Of a stretch of 64,000 nucleotides of DNA, positions 57,431 through 64,000 are shown in pieces. A program made the translations under genes and the position numbers. Below the pieces are notes generated by a model that did not search any database, was not told where the DNA came from, and saw nothing but the letters and a program-made list of their open reading frames with translations. The stretch covers positions 31,050-95,049 of the forward strand of contig JBDKSM010000143.1 of NCBI GenBank assembly GCA_039680665.1. The letters are read 5' to 3'. The stretch's first letter is position 1; each line of letters begins with the position of its first letter. Source of the stretch: Syntrophaceae bacterium. GTDB taxonomy: Bacteria > Desulfobacterota > Desulfomonilia > UBA1062.

Positions 57431-58495
57431 ATGCCGGAGGTGGTAATCGTTGGCGCCGGTCTGGCGGGACTTACCGCCGCCATCTCCTGCGCCCGCGTCG
57501 GGCATGAGGTTCGCGTACTGGAGAAGTATAAGCAGGTTGGAGGGGCGCCGGACCACCATCCGAGTATCGACATGACCCCCATGCTTCCTGATCGCATGGG
57601 AAAATTCCTCGGTCTGGACTTGAAACCGCCGCATGTCACGCCTACGGCTTCCGTACGCTTTATTGCCTACGGTAAGAACTACGAGGTTGCCGGCGCGCCC
57701 TTGTTTCTCCAATCGGTGGAGCGGGGCCCGCGTGAAAGTTCCCTGGAAACTCACCTGTTCAAGGTTGCCCGGGATTGCGGGGTGCGCTTCGAGTTCAATT
57801 GGAGCCTGCGCTCCCAGAAAGACGTCGTGGAATTACCGCCGGGCAGTATCATCGCCACCGGGTTGCATCACGAACCCTACCTGGCCTTGGGCATACCGCG
57901 CCAGGATATGTATGGTTTCGCGGGCAAAGGCCTCTGCGATGGTCCGCCCAGAGGTGCAGCCTGGTTTGATCCCATCATCGGCGAATACAGCTTTCTCACC
58001 AACAGCAACGGGGTTTCATTTGCCATGGCCTTTGACCGCCGGCCCATATCCCGGCAGTCCCAGGAGCGCTTCATCATGCTTCTGAAGCAGAACCTGGATG
58101 TGGAGCTGAAGGATTGGCATACCTTCGAGGCCGCGGTGGGGGTCAAACAGCTGGATAATCCGCGCTTGTTCTCCGGCAGATATATCCTCGCCGGCACCTT
58201 GTCCGGTATTCAGGACCCCTTTTTCTTCTTCGGCGTGCACGCTTCCCTGCTCTCGGGCACCATCGCGGCGCAGGCGGTGGACGATAAGGCCTCTGCCTGG
58301 GATCGATTCAATAGGTTGTCCTCGATCTACAAATATACCTATCTAGCCAGACGACTCTTTGACCCCTTGCCCCATGCGGTGCGCAAACCCCTGCTCCGCA
58401 CTTTTGTTATGTTGCAGACCAAATCACCCGAGCGTTACGGCCGCATGGTCACCAAGCTCATCCCTGGATTTGTCGACTTACAGAAGCGTGCCTGA
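57431..58495 (+). CDS. FAD/NAD(P)-binding oxidoreductase, paralog 3 of the uncharacterised family
   Basis: VVIVGAGLAGLTAAISCARVGHEVRVLEK...GGAPDHHPSIDMTP...ERGPRESS...PPGSIIATGL...ILAGTLSG. SD AAGGAGG, 10 nt after the Fe-S protein stop. Confidence 0.75.
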   Translation: MPEVVIVGAGLAGLTAAISCARVGHEVRVLEKYKQVGGAPDHHPSIDMTPMLPDRMGKFLGLDLKPPHVTPTASVRFIAYGKNYEVAGAPLFLQSVERGPRESSLETHLFKVARDCGVRFEFNWSLRSQKDVVELPPGSIIATGLHHEPYLALGIPRQDMYGFAGKGLCDGPPRGAAWFDPIIGEYSFLTNSNGVSFAMAFDRRPISRQSQERFIMLLKQNLDVELKDWHTFEAAVGVKQLDNPRLFSGRYILAGTLSGIQDPFFFFGVHASLLSGTIAAQAVDDKASAWDRFNRLSSIYKYTYLARRLFDPLPHAVRKPLLRTFVMLQTKSPERYGRMVTKLIPGFVDLQKRA

Positions 58496-58631
58496 AGGTG
58501 CCGCCCATCATTTAATACCCCGCGTTGGGGACAGCGGAGACTGGCGGTCCTTAACGGGAGAATTTCGTCGCTCCTTTCCTGGTATTGGTTAAACTCTTTG
58601 GCCCACATCCAGTTTAACTCCGATTATTTGG

Positions 58632-58659
58632 TTTACAATATTAAACTTATATGTATATT
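58632..58659 (+). promoter_or_regulatory. candidate sigma70 promoter for the abiE pair
   Basis: TTTACA, 16-nt spacer, TATATT (preceded by TG), in an AT-rich spacer about 30 nt upstream of the abiEii ATG. Confidence 0.35.
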
Positions 58660-58685
58660 AGCGTAATCAATCTTAGGAGTCATGC

Positions 58686-59549
58686 ATGTATCAAGAGAAA
58701 ATGGTCCGCAACGCCGAGATCCTCCAGATACACTTGCTTGACAACCTTTATGCCGCCAGCGGTTCCGAGTCGATTTATTTCCAGGGGGGCACGGCCCTGC
58801 GCTGGGTTTATGGCGGCATGCGTTTCTCGGAAGATCTGGATTTTGTCACACCGCTACCGCCTGAACAGATCCACCTGATCCTCAAAAAAGTATCTGCAAA
58901 AGCCGCCAATGCCTGTATCGCCCAATTCGGCCCGGGGGTCGCCGAGCAGACACCGAAAAAGACCAGGTCAGAGGCGGTCAAGGTTTTTTATACCTTCCGA
59001 CCGCAGGCACAGCGCGAGCGCATCGCCATAAAACTCGGCTTCGAGACGCTTAAACCCGACCGAACGCCGGAGGTACAGCGTGTCATTCTCCGTGACCTGC
59101 CGGCCGTCGCCGGTATGCTTTCGAGCGGAAAGCTGGTCATGCCGTATTCAAGCAGCATTGTCATGGTGGAGACAGCGGCGGAATTATTATCCGACAAGAT
59201 CAGGGCCCTCTTCGAGCGCTACTACCTCAAAGGCAGGGACATCTATGACATCTGGTGGCTCACCGAGCGCCTGCAGATCGTACCGTCCTGGGAACAGACA
59301 AAGGCAAAGCTCGATATGTACCGAAGCGCCTTTGTCCCGGCGCGATCAGCAGACTATTTCCAGCAGGAGTCGGCCTTGAAGGACATCATCGAGGCCATCG
59401 TGAGCGATCTACCACGCTTTGTACCCAAGGACATCTATGCGGTTTACCGGAATGAGCGGTTCAAGATACTGACCGACACGCTCCAAAAACTGACCGACAC
59501 GCTAAAGGCTCAAGGCATGGATGATCATTCCCTCGGGTATGATGGCTGA
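58686..59549 (+). CDS. nucleotidyltransferase AbiEii/AbiGii-family toxin (type IV TA)
   Basis: IYFQGGTALRWVYGGMRFSEDLDFV is the AbiEii GGTAL...R.S.DLDF signature. 287 aa. Confidence 0.8.
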   Translation: MYQEKMVRNAEILQIHLLDNLYAASGSESIYFQGGTALRWVYGGMRFSEDLDFVTPLPPEQIHLILKKVSAKAANACIAQFGPGVAEQTPKKTRSEAVKVFYTFRPQAQRERIAIKLGFETLKPDRTPEVQRVILRDLPAVAGMLSSGKLVMPYSSSIVMVETAAELLSDKIRALFERYYLKGRDIYDIWWLTERLQIVPSWEQTKAKLDMYRSAFVPARSADYFQQESALKDIIEAIVSDLPRFVPKDIYAVYRNERFKILTDTLQKLTDTLKAQGMDDHSLGYDG

Positions 59550-60120
59550 TAAGTCCACCATCCAAAGACTGAAGCAGTTGCCCCACCTGTTCCGTATCCA
59601 GGATGCTCAAAAAGTCGCCCCGCATACCAGCATCTTCTTATATCGCGCCGCGCAGGACGGGTTGATCCGGCGCCTGAATCGCGGCAACTATATCAATGCC
59701 TTTCTCCATGGTTTGCCGCCGGTTGAAATGGTGGCATGTTTTTTAAAGCCGCCGGCATACATCTCATGCGAGTGGGCCTTGAACTATCATGGCGTGCTGA
59801 TGCAATCCCCTCAGGTATGCAGCGTGGTGACGCTCCACACGGCGGTAGGCAAGGAGCGCAGCTTCGACTACCACGGCGTCACCATTGAATTCTCCCGCAT
59901 CGCCCCCAAGCTTTTTCATGGCTATACAACCGCCAAGGGGGTTTCCATGGCATCACCGGAAAAGGCCTTGCTCGATACGCTCTATCTTCACCACCACATC
60001 CCCACGGCTGATGAGCTGGAGATGGAGTATATCGATCAACGCAAGCTCAGAGCATTGTCCGCAAAGTATCCTGCCGCCCACAGGTTGCGAATCGAAAATC
60101 TCCTTAACGGCAGGGCTTAA
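59542..60120 (+). CDS. AbiEi-like antitoxin / wHTH transcriptional regulator
   Basis: The N-terminus FRIQDAQKVAPHTSIFLYRAAQDGLIRRLNRGNYI is AbiEi_4-like (G.l.R..RG.Y). It overlaps the toxin stop by 8-11 nt (ATG at 59539 or 59542). Confidence 0.6.
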   Translation: MADKSTIQRLKQLPHLFRIQDAQKVAPHTSIFLYRAAQDGLIRRLNRGNYINAFLHGLPPVEMVACFLKPPAYISCEWALNYHGVLMQSPQVCSVVTLHTAVGKERSFDYHGVTIEFSRIAPKLFHGYTTAKGVSMASPEKALLDTLYLHHHIPTADELEMEYIDQRKLRALSAKYPAAHRLRIENLLNGRA

Positions 60121-60136
60121 TAATGGTTGACGATAG

Positions 60137-60224
60137 TGGTGCCCGGGGCGGGATTTGAACCCGCATGCCCGCAAGGGGCGAGGGATTTTAAGTCCCTTGT
60201 GTCTACCAATTCCACCACCCGGGC
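60137..60224 (-). tRNA. tRNA-Leu (anticodon UAA), CCA encoded
   Basis: The reverse complement folds as a cloverleaf. Acceptor GCCCGGG/CCCGGGC; anticodon stem AGGGA/TCCCT with loop CTTAAAA; long variable arm CGCCCCTTGCGGGCAT; T-arm GCGGG-TTCAAAT-CCCGC; ACCA tail. 88 nt. Confidence 0.85.
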
Positions 60225-60337
60225 TTATGTGCTTTGCGGGAATCAATATCCATGATCGCCTGGAGACTGTCAAGCAGTTCCTCTTGGGGCATGAGGCCCT
60301 GGAAAACCGGGAGCCTTGAAACAAGGGGTGACTTTTC

Positions 60338-61105
60338 TTAATACGGGCGCATGAGCATGAGGTACCATGCGATCAGCGAAGGTCCCCAGAACAGATAGAT
60401 GAGGGCACCTATGGAAAGAAAGGGCCCGAAAGGTATGGCGGCCTTCATGTCCTTGCCCTGAACGGCGATCCAGGCCAACCCAACCACACTGCCGATCAGG
60501 GAGGCCGTAAAGATCGTGAAGGCCACGCCCTGCCAGCCGACGAACACGCCGATCATGCCCAGGAGCTTGACATCTCCGCCGCCCATGCCCTGGCGTTTGG
60601 TGAGGAAATAGTAACCATAGATGATGAGCAGCAAAGAGCCGGCACCCACGGCCAGGCCGATAAGCGCATCCTTGTAGGTTACGGGCAGCCAGTACACCAG
60701 CACCAGTCCGACCACGATCCCGCCCAAAGAGATGCGATCCGGGATGATCTGGAAATCCAGGTCGATAAAGGTGATGACGATCAGCGCGCACGCAAAGAGG
60801 TAATAGATGAGAAAGACCGCGCCCAGTCCGAAGCGCGCGTAAAGCGCCAGCGCCAGGAGAGCGCTTAGGGCCTCGACCAGGGGGTAGCGCGGCTTGATGC
60901 GCGCCGAGCACTGCCGGCATTTTCCCCTGAGGAAAAGGTAGCTTACAAGCGGGATGTTGTCCCAGGGCTTGATGGGCGTGCCGCAGGCCGTACACCGTGA
61001 TCCGGGCCATATAATGGACTCGGCGCGCGGTATGCGATAGATGCAGACATTGAGGAAGCTCCCGATAAAGAGGCCCAGGAGTATGACCGCCGCGGCAGCG
61101 ATCAC
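60338..61105 (-). CDS. pilD: prepilin peptidase / N-methyltransferase (A24 family)
   Basis: CIYRIP...CTACGTPIKPWDNIPLVSYLFLRGKCRQC (DiS-P-DiS) and GGGDVKLLGMIG. Confidence 0.9.
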   Translation of the reverse strand: MIAAAAVILLGLFIGSFLNVCIYRIPRAESIIWPGSRCTACGTPIKPWDNIPLVSYLFLRGKCRQCSARIKPRYPLVEALSALLALALYARFGLGAVFLIYYLFACALIVITFIDLDFQIIPDRISLGGIVVGLVLVYWLPVTYKDALIGLAVGAGSLLLIIYGYYFLTKRQGMGGGDVKLLGMIGVFVGWQGVAFTIFTASLIGSVVGLAWIAVQGKDMKAAIPFGPFLSIGALIYLFWGPSLIAWYLMLMRPY

Positions 61106-61527
61106 ATCAGCAGGTCTCCCCGCGAGAAGCGCAGCACCTCGGATTCGAGTGTGGCGCCGACATCCTTAAGGATGCCCTTGAGCGGATCGTCATCGGAGAG
61201 TGCACCCACGGTCTTATCCAACCCTTCCTTAAGGCCCGCGAGTTCATTGACGATCGGCTGAATGGATTTCAGGGTCACGTCCGGATCGGCCAGCGCCGAT
61301 GCATACCCGTCCAGAAGGTCGATGGCCTGCTCACCCATGCCCAGACCCTTGATCGTCATGGGGCTGATCGTGGAAACGGCCGTGGAAGGCATCGCTGGGA
61401 TCGTCTCCGGTATGGTCTTCTGCTCGATGCCGGAGAGCATGTCTTCAAAAGCGCCTTGTTTGCCCAAGGGTTTGGCTGTTTTCTGCGGCACTACACCGCC
61501 GATAGTCAGGTTCGGATCAATCTTCAT
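61102..61527 (-). CDS. hypothetical protein (141 aa) translationally coupled to pilD
   Basis: ORF with an ATGA overlap to pilD (61102-61105). No family recognised. Confidence 0.45.
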   Translation of the reverse strand: MKIDPNLTIGGVVPQKTAKPLGKQGAFEDMLSGIEQKTIPETIPAMPSTAVSTISPMTIKGLGMGEQAIDLLDGYASALADPDVTLKSIQPIVNELAGLKEGLDKTVGALSDDDPLKGILKDVGATLESEVLRFSRGDLLM

Positions 61528-61744
61528 GCCTCGTTATCCTCCTGGCGCTTATCATGCAAATCAAATGCCATGGCTATGTACCCCATCGGAAAGCCCGAGA
61601 CGTTACTTTAAGCAAGCAGAATTTGCCCTTCAACCGGGCAATTTTTAACCAATGCGATCCATCCATACCCCGGCCGGTCCTGAATCTTCATGAAATTCAT
61701 ACGTTTCGCACAACCGTGGCTGCCGCAACAAATGACACGCGCGA

Positions 61745-62701
61745 TCAGCCCCCCTTACGCTCCAGGGAGTCGGGCGGCCTGAGGTTCTCCACCCGCCTGC
61801 CCCGCGCCGTCATGAGATCCTCGATGGACAAGGCCTGCACCTCAAGCAGAAATTGCCGTATGGCCCGCCCGGTCTCATGGATGACCTTTTCCGGCTCGTT
61901 GTGCGCTCCGCCGACCGGTTCCCGGACGAGATAATCGACCAGACCCGCGAGATACAGGTCCCGGCCCGAGCCCTTGAGCGTATCCGCGGCATTCTCCTTG
62001 TTGGAGGCGTCGCCGGAGATGATGGAGGAAAAGCCTTCGGGCGATATAGCGCTGTAGAAGGCGTTCTCGAGCATGATGATCCGATCGCCGAACCCTAAGG
62101 CCAAAGCCCCGCCCGAACCGGCCTCGCCGATGATGCAGGCGATGACCGGCGTGCGTATGCCCTCTAAGGTTGAGATGCAGCGCGCGATGCTGAAGGCTTG
62201 TCCCCTTTCTTCGGCCTCCGGCATGGGGTATGCGCCGGGAGTATCCACAAAGGTCACGATAGGTTTGGCGAACTTTTCGGCCAATCGCATCAGCCGCATG
62301 GCCTTGTAGTGCCCGGATGGACTGGCCATGCCGTAATGGTGACCGATATAGCCCTTGGAGCCGCTGGAACGCTTCTTGTGGCCGATCACGACCACGGCAG
62401 AAGAGTCGATGGTCGCCAGACCGCCCATAACGGCCGGATCGTCCTCGTAAACCCTGTCGCCGTGCAGTTCCATGAAGTCGGTACAGATGGCGGCGATGTA
62501 ATCATCCACCCCCGGCCGCACGGCATGCCGTGCGATCTCGACGCTCTCCCAGCGGCTGATCCCATTGTAGAGCTCGCTCCTCAGGTCGTCCACCTTGCGC
62601 GTGAATTCGGAGGTATCCAGGCCGTCTAAGGAGGCGATGCTCTGCTTGAGCTCCTTGAGAGCCTGGTCGATGTCAACGAACCGATCGTCTTTCTTCATCA
62701 C
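61745..62701 (-). CDS. accA: acetyl-CoA carboxylase carboxyltransferase subunit alpha
   Basis: RHAVRPG..DYI...HGDR...FVDTPGAYP..EAEERGQAFSIA...IGEAGSGGALAL are AccA signatures. Confidence 0.9.
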   Translation of the reverse strand: MMKKDDRFVDIDQALKELKQSIASLDGLDTSEFTRKVDDLRSELYNGISRWESVEIARHAVRPGVDDYIAAICTDFMELHGDRVYEDDPAVMGGLATIDSSAVVVIGHKKRSSGSKGYIGHHYGMASPSGHYKAMRLMRLAEKFAKPIVTFVDTPGAYPMPEAEERGQAFSIARCISTLEGIRTPVIACIIGEAGSGGALALGFGDRIIMLENAFYSAISPEGFSSIISGDASNKENAADTLKGSGRDLYLAGLVDYLVREPVGGAHNEPEKVIHETGRAIRQFLLEVQALSIEDLMTARGRRVENLRPPDSLERKGG

Positions 62702-64000
62702 TGTATCTCTATGCGCGCCGGGCCCAGGATATCCTGCACCTGTTCGATCAAGGCCTTGCAGGGCGCGACCATGAATGTCTTGCCGGCCTCGATGTTGATG
62801 ATAGCCTCACTCGTGGCGATCTCGAAGCTCAAGGGGCAGGATCCCTTGAATCCGGCGATGCCGCCTTTGAGCGCCCGGATCTGATCCGCGGTATCGCCTT
62901 CCTTCAAACGCACCAGAATCCGGCTGGCGAATACGGCCTCGGCCTGCTCGATAGGATACACCTCTTCGGCCTGCAGGTCCACCTGAACGGTTTCATCATT
63001 CTCATTCTCGCTCAAATTCACGCGCGCCTTGATGATCACGGGGCCGTCACCGGAGATAGCGGCTTCATACGCACTGAAGCATTTGGGAAAGAAGATGACC
63101 GGGGCCGTGCCGTTGAGGTCCTCGAAGATGGCCCGCGCCATGGGATCGCCCTTCTTGGTGCGGGTTATATTGAGGTTGTGGATGATGCCGGCCAGGATCA
63201 CCTTGCCGGAGGTTTCGTTCAGGGTCAGCGTCGTGGCGGTGGAGAACTTCTCCATGACCCGGGCATACCCGTTCAAGGGGTGACCGGAGATGTAGAAGCC
63301 CAGGCCTTCCTTTTCCATCTTGAGGCGCTCGCTCTCGGGCCAGTCCGGGATATCGGGGAGCGTAAATGTCGGCGTAGTCTCCTCGAACTCCTCCAGGGCA
63401 AACAGCGTGGTCTGGGCGTCATCGCGGCTCTTCATGGCGCGTTGGGCATCATCGATCAGGATGTCCAGGGCCTCGAAGAGCGCGCGGCGGTTTTGATGCA
63501 GGCCGTCGAAGGCGCCGGCCTTGAGGAGCGCCTCGATGACGCGGCGGTTGACCTTGGTTAGATTGATGCGCCGTACGAAATCCCCCATATCGGTGAAGCG
63601 GCCCTGCTCGCCGCGTTCCTTCAGGATGATCTCCACCGCGCCCTTGCCCACGTTCTTGATGCCGCCTAAGCCAAAACGGATACCCTTGTCCGTGGTCACG
63701 AACTCCCAGTTGCTTTCGTTGATTTCCGGGGAAAGGATGGGAACATCGTTGGCCCGGCATTCGGCGATGTGCTGGACGACCTTGTCCATGTTGTTCAAAT
63801 CCAGAGTCAGGTTGGCGGCCATGAATTCCTTGAAATAGTGGCACTTGAGATAGGCCGTCTGATAGGCCACCAAGGCATAGGCCGCGGCATGGCTCTTGTT
63901 AAACCCGTATTCGGCGAACTTCTCCATCAGGGAGAACATCTCGGAAGCGATCTCCTTGGACACGCCCTGCTTCAACGCCCCTTCGACAAAAATGTCGCGG
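62698..64000 (-). CDS. dnaE: DNA polymerase III alpha subunit, C-terminal part (5' end outside the window)
   Basis: FNKSHAAAYALVAYQTAYLKCHYFKEFMAANLT, an HhH region and a C-terminal OB-fold. The frame stays open beyond the ORF-track Met at 63975 to the window edge. ATGA overlap with accA. Confidence 0.9.
   Translation of the reverse strand, partial: RDIFVEGALKQGVSKEIASEMFSLMEKFAEYGFNKSHAAAYALVAYQTAYLKCHYFKEFMAANLTLDLNNMDKVVQHIAECRANDVPILSPEINESNWEFVTTDKGIRFGLGGIKNVGKGAVEIILKERGEQGRFTDMGDFVRRINLTKVNRRVIEALLKAGAFDGLHQNRRALFEALDILIDDAQRAMKSRDDAQTTLFALEEFEETTPTFTLPDIPDWPESERLKMEKEGLGFYISGHPLNGYARVMEKFSTATTLTLNETSGKVILAGIIHNLNITRTKKGDPMARAIFEDLNGTAPVIFFPKCFSAYEAAISGDGPVIIKARVNLSENENDETVQVDLQAEEVYPIEQAEAVFASRILVRLKEGDTADQIRALKGGIAGFKGSCPLSFEIATSEAIINIEAGKTFMVAPCKALIEQVQDILGPARIEIQ

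Noticed and set aside
58496-60137. Search for an att-type direct repeat of the tRNA-Leu 3' end, an integrase or a recombinase flanking the abiE pair
   Set aside because: By eye there is no copy of the tRNA 3' segment (tggtgcccggggcgggatttgaac) and no integrase-like ORF. A mobile-element call is therefore not supported.
59953-60324. 123-aa minus-strand ORF
   Set aside because: It runs straight through the tRNA-Leu gene (60137..60224) and the 3' end of the abiEi-like gene, so it is spurious.
60270-61010. 246-aa minus-strand ORF overlapping pilD in another frame
   Set aside because: It has Arg/Pro/Gly-rich composition, whereas the 60338..61105 frame carries the clear prepilin peptidase motifs.

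Overview
GC-rich bacterial chromosomal window. The gene content suggests an anaerobic Desulfobacterota/Syntrophia-like organism, but that is inference; no searches were run. All calls rest on reading the ORF translations, on my own translation of regions missing from the ORF track, and on motif recognition by eye.

Layout:
(1) 1-18.2 kb, housekeeping and signalling. A truncated acyl-CoA ligase, a NUDIX::eIF-2B fusion, hpt, ruvX, mltG and two response regulators (one HD-GYP). Also a 7-repeat PKD-like lipoprotein, a sigma54-driven amtB-glnK-glnD operon, hisF and a class II aaRS-like paralog.
(2) 18.8-58.5 kb, a large accessory-looking CoA-thioester catabolic supercluster punctuated by three TetR regulators.
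- Minus strand: a tightly coupled operon of an ACAD pair, three unknown helical paralogs, a four-subunit Bzd-type benzoyl-CoA-reductase/2-hydroxyacyl-CoA-dehydratase-like enzyme, a TetR regulator and an FAD protein. Upstream of it lie a large ACAD, a family III CoA-transferase and an exported START-like protein.
- Plus strand, divergent: an ACAD, an HMGCS-like::DUF35 fusion, an SCP-x thiolase, a split MaoC hydratase and an MFE-2-type SDR. These are followed by a CoA ligase, a hotdog protein, an MFS transporter and an ACS-like ligase. Further downstream are an FAD-protein paralog, a GT4 glycosyltransferase, two tandem FadD-like ligases, a Cys-rich 4Fe-4S protein and another FAD paralog.
(3) 58.6-64 kb. 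An abiEii/abiEi toxin-antitoxin pair in inverted order abutting tRNA-Leu(UAA), then pilD, accA and the 3' part of dnaE.

No CRISPR array, IS element, integrase or rRNA was seen.

The best candidate for something undescribed is the trio of paralogous helical proteins (29080-31681). They are translationally welded to the ATP-dependent BCR-like enzyme and to a non-canonical ACAD pair. The surrounding parts list resembles steroid/isoprenoid side-chain or arylalkylsuccinate beta-oxidation.
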